The notes under the pieces: generated by a model | The model's input: only the letters and a program-made list of their open reading frames with translations | What the model was told of the DNA's origin: nothing | Database searches by the model: none | In this document: positions 1 to 8,241 of the stretch, piece by piece | Numbering within the stretch: position 1 is the first letter of the stretch | Layout: each line of letters starts with the position of its first letter | Made by a program: the position numbers and the translations under genes | NCBI GenBank assembly: GCA_001782805.1 | Contig: MFPT01000019.1 | Location: 1,801 to 65,800, forward strand | Source: Candidatus Magasanikbacteria bacterium RIFCSPHIGHO2_01_FULL_41_23 | GTDB lineage: Bacteria > Patescibacteriota > Patescibacteriia > Magasanikbacterales > UBA922 | Length of the DNA: 64,000 bases | Direction of reading: 5' to 3'

Positions 1-506
1 TTTTCCAGTTTGCTCATGCGATTGAACAAATCAGCCTTACTCTCATCCTCCACTCGTTTTAAAAGTTCGGCGCGCGCATCTTCCCGCGATAATTGGGACA
101 AAACTTCCAATTTTTTGCCAGCCTCTACTTTCATGTCTTCAATTTTTTGGCGAATAACTTTGACCTCTTCCACTTTTTGTTCCAATTTGGTTTTATTATC
201 TTCAAAATTAAGCAGTTTTTGATCAAATAATGTCTCGCGTTGTTCCAAACGCTGTTGAATTTGTTTTTGTTCTTTGTGGCGTTCTTGTTCTTCCTGCTTG
301 GCATCGTCAATGATTTTTATGGCTTTTTCTTTGGCCTGCAGTAAAAATTCCTGCTCCTTATTTTTGGCTTCCGCAATCATTTTTTCCGCGCGCAATTCGG
401 CCGAGTTAGCTTTGGACTGGGCGATTTGTTGACGTACTAAATAACCAATGAGAGTGCCAATGGCAAGACCGGCGAATAAGAGAATAACGACAGTAATGAT
501 AGACAT
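1..506 (-). CDS. rny: Ribonuclease Y, N-terminal part (runs off the window start; not in ORF track)
   Basis: Manual translation from ATG at 506: MSIITVVILLFAGLAIGTLIGYLVRQQIAQSKANSAELRAEKMIAEAK...LEVLSQLSREDARAELLKRVE = N-terminal TM helix plus long coiled coil typical of RNase Y; catalytic domains lie outside the window. Confidence 0.8.
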   Translation of the reverse strand, partial: MSIITVVILLFAGLAIGTLIGYLVRQQIAQSKANSAELRAEKMIAEAKNKEQEFLLQAKEKAIKIIDDAKQEEQERHKEQKQIQQRLEQRETLFDQKLLNFEDNKTKLEQKVEEVKVIRQKIEDMKVEAGKKLEVLSQLSREDARAELLKRVEDESKADLFNRMSKLE

Positions 507-515
507 AAAATCAGG

Positions 516-676
516 ATAAGCAAGACTAATCCTAGTTTTGTAATGGTGAGACGCCTAAAGACACTTAGATTGTGTCAATTAAGAAGTTGAGCGAAAAATT
601 TACTCGGAAAAGACTCATAAATTAGCCAAATTCGCTATCTCGACATTCCAAAATACCAGAAGTCGCTTGCAATTTA
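516..676 (-). ncRNA. Candidate structured RNA (6S-like rod) in the rny leader
   Basis: On the minus strand the ends pair in a long irregular stem (GCAAG/CUUGC, GACU/AGUC, UUCUGGU/ACUAGGA, UUUUG/CAAAA, AAUG/CAUU, GAGA/UCUC) enclosing AGCGAA/UUCGCU and GACAC/GUGUC helices; lies downstream of a good promoter. Confidence 0.35.
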
Positions 677-711
677 TTATATTTGTAGTCATTTTTTCAA
701 ACTACGAAATT

Positions 712-740
712 ACTATACTGTATTGTTTTGTTTTTGTCAA
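712..740 (-). promoter_or_regulatory. sigma70-type promoter for the rny leader
   Basis: TTGACA-17 bp-TATAGT on the minus strand. Confidence 0.7.
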
Positions 741-762
741 TTTTGGATTTTGCTAGTACAAT
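734..762 (+). promoter_or_regulatory. sigma70-type promoter, divergent and overlapping the rny promoter
   Basis: TTGTCA-17 bp-TACAAT. Confidence 0.55.
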
Positions 763-785
763 TACACAATCGTTTGATTATATTC

Positions 786-832
786 GGAATCAATTGATAA
801 ATTTTATTCAATAAAATTTATCAATTGATTCC
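786..832. repeat. Perfect 47-bp palindrome (23-bp arms, 1-nt centre)
   Basis: GGAATCAATTGATAAATTTTATT-C-AATAAAATTTATCAATTGATTCC. Confidence 0.95.
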
Positions 833-846
833 TTGTTTAAAAGTCT

Positions 847-1752
847 GTGGATAACTCAAAAACAAAAGGCTGGGGAGTGGTGGAAGCCAGTGGCGCGGAA
901 ATGTGGGATGCGTGGCCGGTAATTTTTAATGGCGGATCAAAAGCTTGGCTCACTTTGCTTTTTTATCCTAAAAAATTCGCTTTGTATAGATTTATTCAAA
1001 AGAATATTCCAAAATCTGTGGACAGTAGTGCAGGTTTTAGAATTTTGGATGTAGGTTGTGGCACGGGAGCAAGTGTAATTGAAATGAAAAAATTATTTCC
1101 TCAAGCCGAAGTTTGTGGAATTGATGTTATTCAATTGCAAATAGATATCGCGAACGCGCGTTTAAAAGAATACGCGACAGATGCTCGCGTAGAATTTTAT
1201 GATGGATTATCTATTCCAGCCGAAGATAATTCGGTGGACGTAATTTATACTTCGGATGTTTTGGGACATGTGGCTGATGTTCCCAAGTGGCTGGCCGAAC
1301 TTAATCGGATTCTAAAACCAAATGGAATTTTGGCAATGTTCAGTGAATCCAAGTTGGGCAAGCACGCGTATATTCGGAATTATTTGTCGCGACGTGGTCT
1401 TAATGTTGATCCGCATCAAGAATTTCATATTTCTTTATTTTCCAAAAATGAATTACGCGCTCTCTTGGTTGATTCTGGTTTTGAGATTAAAAAAATGTAT
1501 TCCACAGTGTGGGCAAAATTTTTGATGCATCCGGATGAACTGTATCCGGCTTTGCAATCCACGTCTCAGTTTTTCATTCTGCGATTTTTAAATACAATTT
1601 TGTATTGGCTAAAAAATAAAATAAAACCAGTTTCACTGGCTGTCGCGGAATTTTATTCTTTAATTGAAATGTATACGATCGGGCGTTGGGTTGAATCACA
1701 GGGCTATGTTATTTTGGGAAAAAAGTCCCTCGACGTGGCTCGGGATAAATAA
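847..1752 (+). CDS. Class I SAM-dependent methyltransferase
   Basis: Motif I ILDVGCGTG, acidic GIDV, DNSVDVI, RILKPNG; start uncertain (GTG 847 or ATG 901). Confidence 0.85.
   Translation: MDNSKTKGWGVVEASGAEMWDAWPVIFNGGSKAWLTLLFYPKKFALYRFIQKNIPKSVDSSAGFRILDVGCGTGASVIEMKKLFPQAEVCGIDVIQLQIDIANARLKEYATDARVEFYDGLSIPAEDNSVDVIYTSDVLGHVADVPKWLAELNRILKPNGILAMFSESKLGKHAYIRNYLSRRGLNVDPHQEFHISLFSKNELRALLVDSGFEIKKMYSTVWAKFLMHPDELYPALQSTSQFFILRFLNTILYWLKNKIKPVSLAVAEFYSLIEMYTIGRWVESQGYVILGKKSLDVARDK
1726..1750. repeat. 24-nt hairpin element forming the C-terminus (SLDVARDK) of the methyltransferase
   Basis: Reverse complement TTTA-TCCC-GA-G-CCACGT-C-GA-GGGA. Confidence 0.7.
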
Positions 1753-1827
1753 TTATTCACCCTTGCTTGCATTTTTTTGATATTTTTGTTATTTTTCTAT
1801 CATCATTAACTTAATCTTTATTTTGAT

Positions 1828-2358
1828 ATGAATCTTTGGCATGACATTTCCGTAGGCAAAAATGCTCCGGAAGAAATTCGCGTGGTCGTGGAAATTCCGC
1901 GCGGCTCTTTGAATAAATATGAAGTGGATAAAGAAACCGGTTTGATTGCGCTGGATCGTGTGGCGCATACTGGTCAGGCATTCCCTTTTGACTACGCGTT
2001 TGTGCCGCAAACGTTGTGGGATGATGGTGACGCGTTGGATGTGATTATTTTTGCGACTGAACCGTTTTTCCCCGGACTGTTGGTGGATGTTCGGCCGGTG
2101 GGAATTATGCATATGATTGATAGTGGCGACAGTGATGACAAAGTACTGGCAGTTCCGGCTGCGGATCCACGGTGGAAGCATGTGGCTGACATTGGTGATT
2201 TGAATCAGCATCAGCTGAAAGTCATTCAGCATTTTTACGAATATTATAAAAAATTACAAAATAAAGAAGTGACGGTTTCGGGTTTTGAAGGTAAGATGCA
2301 GGCGCTGGAAGCAGTGAAAAAAGGCATGCGGATGTATAATGAAAAATTTCCGAGTTGA
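1828..2358 (+). CDS. ppa: Inorganic pyrophosphatase (family I)
   Basis: EIPRGSLNKYEVD, DGDALDV, DSGDSDDK motifs. Confidence 0.95.
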   Translation: MNLWHDISVGKNAPEEIRVVVEIPRGSLNKYEVDKETGLIALDRVAHTGQAFPFDYAFVPQTLWDDGDALDVIIFATEPFFPGLLVDVRPVGIMHMIDSGDSDDKVLAVPAADPRWKHVADIGDLNQHQLKVIQHFYEYYKKLQNKEVTVSGFEGKMQALEAVKKGMRMYNEKFPS

Positions 2359-2577
2359 CTTTTTTGCGGGGATTTTGATTTACATCAACCTCCGCTACTT
2401 CAGGGATTTGATGAAGGAGGTGCGACCAAAGGATCAAGATCCATAACACTCATCTCAACCAGTGTATCCAAGGGGGTTCCCGATGCGTACACGACTGCTT
2501 TCTTCGCGGCCATGCATGCGCGTCGGGATCAGTCAAAAATAGTTCTGACTAATTCAGGACTTTTTTTGACCGAGGAA

Positions 2578-2606
2578 TTGACAGCGCATCGCTTTATCCG
2601 TATACT
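2578..2606 (+). promoter_or_regulatory. sigma70 promoter of infB
   Basis: TTGACA-17 bp-TATACT, 10 nt upstream of ATG 2617 (nearly leaderless mRNA). Confidence 0.75.
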
Positions 2607-2616
2607 CTTTTCAACT

Positions 2617-4644
2617 ATGAACGTCTCTGAACTCGCGCGACAATTAAAAATCAATACCAAAGATTTGTTGGAAATTTTGCCGCAATATGGTTTTGATATT
2701 GGTGTGCGCGCCGTGAAAATTGATGATCGCGTCGCCGAACAAATTACGCGCAAGTGGCGTTTTATTCGGCGCGATTTGGAAGAAAAACGGCGCAAAGAAC
2801 AAGAAGAAAAAAAAATAAAGGAGCGTGCGTTGCGCAAGGAAATGGGACATAGCGTTGTTTTGCCTGCGCTTATTACGGTGCGTGCTTTGGCCGAACGCAT
2901 GAATTTGCCGACGACACAAGTGATTATGGAACTAATGAAAAACGGGATTTTGGCCAATCAAAATCAGAATATAGATTTTGACACGGCCGCAATTTTGGCG
3001 GAAGAACTGGGTTTTCGCGTGGAGCGTGAAGGCGAAGAATCCGCAGTGCAAGAAAAAGAAGATACGCGCTCGCAGGGTTTGGAAGAAGCCTTGGCGCGAG
3101 GAGTGGAAGGGGGCGAGCCTCGTCCGCCCGTGATTGTGGTTATGGGTCATGTGGATCATGGCAAAACCAAATTGCTGGACACAATTCGCTCCACCAATGT
3201 TATGGGCAAAGAGGCGGGTGGCATTACGCAACATATTGGCGCGTATCAAACTATTTGGCAAGATCCCAAAACCAAAGTTGAGCGCGCGATTTCTTTTATT
3301 GATACTCCCGGTCACGAAGCTTTTTCCATGATGCGCAGTCGTGGTGCCAAAGTCGCGGATATTGCCATTTTAGTAGTGGCCGCTGATGATGGAGTCAAAC
3401 CGCAAACCGAAGAAGCAATCAATATTATTCGCGCGGCTAAATTACCGCTCGTTGTGGCTATTAATAAAATTGATAAAACTACCGCGGATATTGAACGCGT
3501 AAAAAATGAATTGTCGCAAAAAAATGTTTTGCCCGAAGATTGGGGCGGCGATGTTCCGGTGGTCGGGATTTCCGCCAAAAATAATGTGAACATTGATAAA
3601 CTTTTGGATGTGTTGCTGTTAGTGGCGGATATGAACGCGGAAAAAATTAAAGCTGATCCCAATTTGCCGCCCGCGGGAACAATTATTGAATCGCATGTGA
3701 ATAAAGGAATGGGACCAGTGGCGACGGTTTTGGTTCAGTCCGGTACTTTGCATGCCGGAGATAAGTTGGTAGTGAATAATGAAATTTACGGCAAAGTGCG
3801 CGCTATGAAAAATTATCGTGGCGATATTATTGCCAACGCCACACCATCAATGCCAGTTCAAATTATTGGTTTTAAAGTCGCGCCGGAAGTGGGCGATATT
3901 TTGGATGTTAGTAAAGCCGACACGGCGCTGGAAATTAATGTCAAACAAAAACGTTCGGATCAAACCAGCGCGGAACGTTCCACGATGTCCAATGCTCAAA
4001 CAGAAGGCGATGAAACTCCGCAAAAAACATTAAACTTAGTCATTAAAACCGATGTACTGGGTTCGCTGGAAGCGATTGTGGCCTCATTATCAAAAATAAA
4101 ACACGATGAAGTTGGCGTAAAAATTATTGGTAAGGGTTTAGGAAATATTACGGAAAATGACGTGGCCAAAGCTGAATCCGGCAGTGCGACCGTTGTTGGT
4201 TTTAATGTACGCCCGACAACAATGGCCGAAGAAATGATGCGCGATAAAAATATTCCGTTTTTGAATTACAACGTGATTTATGATTTGATTAATTGGGTTA
4301 AAGCCGAACTGGAAAAAATGTTGACCAAAGAGCATATTATTACTGAACTGGGCACGATGAGTATACTCGCGGTTTTTCGTCGCGACAAACAATATTCCAT
4401 TGTTGGTGGCCGAGTTATGAACGGTAAAGTCGTTAAAGGAGAATCAGCACGCGTAAAACGCGATGGACTGTTGATTGCCACGGCGCAAATAATGTCGGTT
4501 AAATTGGGTCAGCAAGAATTAAAAGATGCCAGTGAAGGCACGGAATGCGGTATCCAAATCGGTACTAAGGAAAAAATTGAAATTGGTGATACGCTGGAAA
4601 TTTTTCATGAAGAAATTAAAGTACGGAAGATTATTTTTGGTTAA
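2617..4644 (+). CDS. infB: Translation initiation factor IF-2
   Basis: GHVDHGKT, GGITQHIGA, DTPGH, NKID; probable start MNVSELA at 2617 rather than 2512. Confidence 0.97.
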   Translation: MNVSELARQLKINTKDLLEILPQYGFDIGVRAVKIDDRVAEQITRKWRFIRRDLEEKRRKEQEEKKIKERALRKEMGHSVVLPALITVRALAERMNLPTTQVIMELMKNGILANQNQNIDFDTAAILAEELGFRVEREGEESAVQEKEDTRSQGLEEALARGVEGGEPRPPVIVVMGHVDHGKTKLLDTIRSTNVMGKEAGGITQHIGAYQTIWQDPKTKVERAISFIDTPGHEAFSMMRSRGAKVADIAILVVAADDGVKPQTEEAINIIRAAKLPLVVAINKIDKTTADIERVKNELSQKNVLPEDWGGDVPVVGISAKNNVNIDKLLDVLLLVADMNAEKIKADPNLPPAGTIIESHVNKGMGPVATVLVQSGTLHAGDKLVVNNEIYGKVRAMKNYRGDIIANATPSMPVQIIGFKVAPEVGDILDVSKADTALEINVKQKRSDQTSAERSTMSNAQTEGDETPQKTLNLVIKTDVLGSLEAIVASLSKIKHDEVGVKIIGKGLGNITENDVAKAESGSATVVGFNVRPTTMAEEMMRDKNIPFLNYNVIYDLINWVKAELEKMLTKEHIITELGTMSILAVFRRDKQYSIVGGRVMNGKVVKGESARVKRDGLLIATAQIMSVKLGQQELKDASEGTECGIQIGTKEKIEIGDTLEIFHEEIKVRKIIFG

Positions 4645-4714
4645 AATTTTGTTCGTTACATTTTTAAGCAAACTTTGTTTTTTTAAGTTGTAAAAACTCC
4701 CTTTCCTAAGACTT

Positions 4715-4817
4715 AAGCAAACTTCGCGAGATCTTTTTCTCGACCACTCGACCCTTCGACAAGCTCAGGGTAAACAGGCTCGGGCATCGAGAAAAAAATC
4801 ATCGCTCCAGTTTGCTT
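4715..4817. repeat. Intergenic composite hairpin containing nested 24-nt elements
   Basis: Outer arms AAGCAAACT/AGTTTGCTT and TTTTTCTCGA/TCGAGAAAAA; inner ACCCTTCGACAAGCTCAGGGT at 4751-4771. Confidence 0.8.
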
Positions 4818-4855
4818 CAAAGATTAATTGGATGTTGGACTGTTGTATTGGGGGG

Positions 4856-5010
4856 AATTTCAGTAGTAGATAATTTTGTTTTCAGTAATGTGCATGAGCT
4901 TTCTTACCACTTACTTGGTTAGAGTAGATGAGATGTCAATAAGGATAGAGACTAGGAGAGTATGAGAATAGCGAGTTTTACTGAAAAGAAAATTATCTAC
5001 TACTGAAATT
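4856..5010. repeat. ~155-bp long-hairpin (MITE/REPIN-like) element, copy A
   Basis: 33-bp terminal inverted repeats with 1 mismatch; internal TGAGC...GCGAGTTTT; homologous to 29868-30023. Confidence 0.85.
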
Positions 5011-5051
5011 ACTTTAAGTTATTAATTAGAAATTTATTTTAACATTACAGT

Positions 5052-5378
5052 ATGTCCGAAATTATTTTAACCGATACCAATTTTAAAGCAGAAGTTTTGG
5101 AATCCGCGATTCCGGTTTTGGTGGATTTTTGGGCGCCATGGTGCGGCCCGTGTCAAATGATGGGACCGATTATTGCCGAATTGGCAGGAGAATGGGATGC
5201 TACGAAAATTAAAATCGGGAAAATGAATGTTGATGATAACACAATCGTGCCAGGAAATTATCGCGTTATGAGCATTCCCACTTTTATACTTTTTAAAAAT
5301 GGCCAAGTTGTTGAAACATTGGTTGGAGGAATGCCCAAACAAAAATTACAAGCGGCCGTGGAAAAACATTTGGTATAA
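5052..5378 (+). CDS. trxA: Thioredoxin
   Basis: VDFWAPWCGPC active site, SIPTF. Confidence 0.97.
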   Translation: MSEIILTDTNFKAEVLESAIPVLVDFWAPWCGPCQMMGPIIAELAGEWDATKIKIGKMNVDDNTIVPGNYRVMSIPTFILFKNGQVVETLVGGMPKQKLQAAVEKHLV

Positions 5379-5392
5379 TTTTCCGTGAAAAT

Positions 5393-6631
5393 ATGAATAA
5401 TCCTTTTGAAAATGCCCTAACCCAATTGAGTCGAGCCGCGAATGTCATGAAATTAGATCCGCAGGTGCACGAAAAGTTAAAATCACCGAAAAAAGTTCAC
5501 AGTGCTTCCATCACTATTATCATGGACAACGGCTCCACCAAAACATTTCCGGCTTGGCGCAGTCAATATAATGACGCGCTTGGTCCGTATAAAGGCGGAA
5601 TTCGTTATCATCCAGGAGTAACCGAAGACGAAGTGAAAGCTTTGTCATTTTGGATGACGATGAAATGTGCGGTCGTGGGTTTGCCACTGGGCGGCGGAAA
5701 AGGTGGAATTATCGTTAATCCCAAAGAATTATCCGAAACTGAATTGGAAAAATTAAGTCGCGGCTATATACAAGCATTTTATCAGCATCTTGGTCCAACC
5801 AAAGATGTTCCAGCTCCGGACGTATATACCAATTCCCAAATTATGGCGTGGATGCTGGATGAGTACGAAAAATTAACGGGCGAGCATGCTCCCGGAATGA
5901 TTACGGGAAAACCATTGTGTTTGGGCGGATCTCGTGGAAGAGACAAAGCCACGGCGCAAGGCGGAGTGTTTGTTTTATTGGAAGCAGTCAAAAAAATGGA
6001 CATGATTCCCAACGAAACAACGGTCGCGATTCAAGGTTTTGGTAATGCGGGCGCGCATATGGCGGAATTATTAGCAGTGCAAGGATTTAAAATTGTGGCA
6101 GTCAGTGATTCCAAAGGCGCGATAAAAAGTGCGAACGCGCTTGATATTTCTGCGCTAACGGCGCACAAAGAAAAAAATAGTGCAGTTACCGGCTTTACCG
6201 GAACAGAAACGATTACCAATGAACAATTACTGGAATTACCAGTGGATATTTTAATTCCGGCGGCTTTGGAAAATCAAATCACGGCCGAAAACGCGGGAAG
6301 AATCAAAGCCAAAATGATTTTGGAATTGGCCAATGGTCCGACCACGCCGGAAGCGGATGCCATTTTGTTTAAAAATAATGTGGTCGTTGTTCCCGATATT
6401 CTCGCCAATGCGGGTGGCGTGACGGTCAGTTATTTTGAACAAGTGCAAAATGCCAGTAATTATTATTGGACGGACGAAGAAGTAATGGAAAAATTGCAAA
6501 AAATAATGATCACTGCTTTTGCCGGAGTTTGGGCAACGAAAGAAAAATATGCCATTGATTTGCGTACGGCCGCTTTTGTTACGGCTTTGGAGCGAGTGGG
6601 CGCGGCTATGAAAGCGCGGGGATTAGTTTAA
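5393..6631 (+). CDS. gdhA: Glu/Leu/Phe/Val dehydrogenase (glutamate dehydrogenase-like)
   Basis: GPYKGGIRYHP, GGGKGG, DVPAPD, QGFGNAG, ANAGGVTVSYFE. Confidence 0.92.
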   Translation: MNNPFENALTQLSRAANVMKLDPQVHEKLKSPKKVHSASITIIMDNGSTKTFPAWRSQYNDALGPYKGGIRYHPGVTEDEVKALSFWMTMKCAVVGLPLGGGKGGIIVNPKELSETELEKLSRGYIQAFYQHLGPTKDVPAPDVYTNSQIMAWMLDEYEKLTGEHAPGMITGKPLCLGGSRGRDKATAQGGVFVLLEAVKKMDMIPNETTVAIQGFGNAGAHMAELLAVQGFKIVAVSDSKGAIKSANALDISALTAHKEKNSAVTGFTGTETITNEQLLELPVDILIPAALENQITAENAGRIKAKMILELANGPTTPEADAILFKNNVVVVPDILANAGGVTVSYFEQVQNASNYYWTDEEVMEKLQKIMITAFAGVWATKEKYAIDLRTAAFVTALERVGAAMKARGLV

Positions 6632-7224
6632 ATTTCTTTTTTATCAATTTCTTTACCGACTTCCTTAAACATTTTTCGTAAACGAATAATGCGGCCGTGT
6701 ACAGTAGAAAGTTTCATTTTAAGTTGTTTCGCTATTTCAGCGTACGATAATCCATCAATAAAATAAAGTCGAAAAATAATCCGGTCTTGCTCATCAAGTG
6801 TTTCAATTTTTGCTTCAATATTTTTTATTTTCTCCTGTTCGGTTACATGGGATTCCGGTGAAGTTGGCGGTTGGCCATGCATTCCGTCTATATATGATTC
6901 CCTAATTTTGGCGCTGGATTTTTCAATCACTCTTTTTCTTGCCCACACATCCCGAATTCTATTTTTGAGAATCGTATATAGAAAATTTTTAAGTGAGCCG
7001 GTTGTTTCGTATTCAGGCAATATTTTCCAAAATCTGGTAAATGTTTCTTGGACTAATTCCTCTGCTTCGGCCGCATTTTGCGTTTTATCTATTGCAAAAG
7101 CCATTAGACGATCTTTGTATATATTGAATAACTCAGCAAAAGCATCTTTGTCTCCTTCTTTGGCTCGGATAATGAGGTTAAATTCGTCAATCCGCTGCTC
7201 TCCTGTATGACCATTTTCTGACAT
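6628..7224 (-). CDS. RNA polymerase sigma factor, ECF (sigma-24) type
   Basis: Region 2 (GDKDAFAELF...AEELVQETF...NRIRD) and region 4 HTH (GLSYAEIAKQLKMKLSTVHGRI). Confidence 0.85.
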   Translation of the reverse strand: MSENGHTGEQRIDEFNLIIRAKEGDKDAFAELFNIYKDRLMAFAIDKTQNAAEAEELVQETFTRFWKILPEYETTGSLKNFLYTILKNRIRDVWARKRVIEKSSAKIRESYIDGMHGQPPTSPESHVTEQEKIKNIEAKIETLDEQDRIIFRLYFIDGLSYAEIAKQLKMKLSTVHGRIIRLRKMFKEVGKEIDKKEI

Positions 7225-7280
7225 ATATTTTCGATAAGAATAAGATTATAATATCACGAGTTTAGGTCAAAGGTAAACCC

Positions 7281-7309
7281 TTGATTTTTTTGACCCTGCC
7301 GAGTAAAAT
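7281..7309 (+). promoter_or_regulatory. sigma70-type promoter
   Basis: TTGATT-17 bp-TAAAAT upstream of the inositol monophosphatase gene. Confidence 0.5.
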
Positions 7310-7338
7310 GGCTATACGCCTTTACTTACTGTATCTTT

Positions 7339-8097
7339 ATGCAAGAATTTTTAAATGAAATTTCAAGACAAGCGGGAGCACTCGCCATGCAGTTTTATAA
7401 GCGGGGAGTGAGTTACTCCACCAAGACCAATCGTCTTGATTTATTGACTGAAGCTGACGTTGCCGTGAGCAAATTTTTAGTGGAAGCGATTCACGCCAAG
7501 TATCCGGATCATCATATCCATAGCGAAGAAATGACCGACGATATCAATACCGGTGCCGAGTATGAATGGGTGATTGATCCAATTGATGGCACATGGAATT
7601 TTGCGAATCACATTCCAATTTGGGGAGTTTTGATTGCTGTAATGCGCAATGGAGCCACGAAATACGCGGCCACATATTTTCCCATTGATGATCATTTATA
7701 TATTGCCGAAAAAGGTTTTGGTGTTTTTTTGAATGGAGAAAAAATTATTGTTTCAGATTACGATTCGCTTGATCGATCAGTCGGGCATTTTTTTGTAAAT
7801 CCCGAGCGTGTTGGAGGTCAAAAGTTGGCGGCTCTTTGGCCTCATCTATTAAATAATAATGTTCGGACAAGAAATTACGCCTGCATGTACGGCGCGGTTT
7901 TGGTGGCGCGTGGTGTGCACAATTTTTATATCAGCAATGGCGGAGTGGATCATGATCATCTCGCGCCTGTTTTAATTTGCGAAGAGGCCGGTGCAGTGGT
8001 CACTAATAGTTTTGGTGAGCCATGGAAACGAGGGATGAAAGATATGGTGATTGCCGGGCCACAATTACATCCGAAAATTCTTGAGTTGTTTAATTAA
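7339..8097 (+). CDS. Inositol monophosphatase family protein (SuhB-like)
   Basis: LLTEAD, SEE, WVIDPIDGTWNF, EEAGAVVT. Confidence 0.9.
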   Translation: MQEFLNEISRQAGALAMQFYKRGVSYSTKTNRLDLLTEADVAVSKFLVEAIHAKYPDHHIHSEEMTDDINTGAEYEWVIDPIDGTWNFANHIPIWGVLIAVMRNGATKYAATYFPIDDHLYIAEKGFGVFLNGEKIIVSDYDSLDRSVGHFFVNPERVGGQKLAALWPHLLNNNVRTRNYACMYGAVLVARGVHNFYISNGGVDHDHLAPVLICEEAGAVVTNSFGEPWKRGMKDMVIAGPQLHPKILELFN

Positions 8098-8114
8098 TAA
8101 ATACTTCAAGGAAA

Positions 8115-8223
8115 TTAAAATAAAAATTCACTGCAAATCTTTTTATGAAAACCTCGTAAACATCGGTTTCAAAAAAGCTACAGGAGTTTATCCCGACTTG
8201 TCGGGATTCCATTTTTATTTTAA
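8115..8223. repeat. Intergenic multi-stem element (family D, copy 1) with inserted palindrome ATCCCGACTTGTCGGGAT
   Basis: Shares AATAAAAATTCACTGCAAATCTTTTT, TCGTAAAC, CAAAAAAGCT and TTCCATTTTTATT with 25201-25286. Confidence 0.8.
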
Positions 8224-8241
8224 AAAATTCACTTTTAATAT

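Noticed and set aside
2512-2616. N-terminal extension of infB in the ORF track
   Set aside because: A consensus promoter lies inside it and the IF-2 N-domain begins at MNVSELA (2617)
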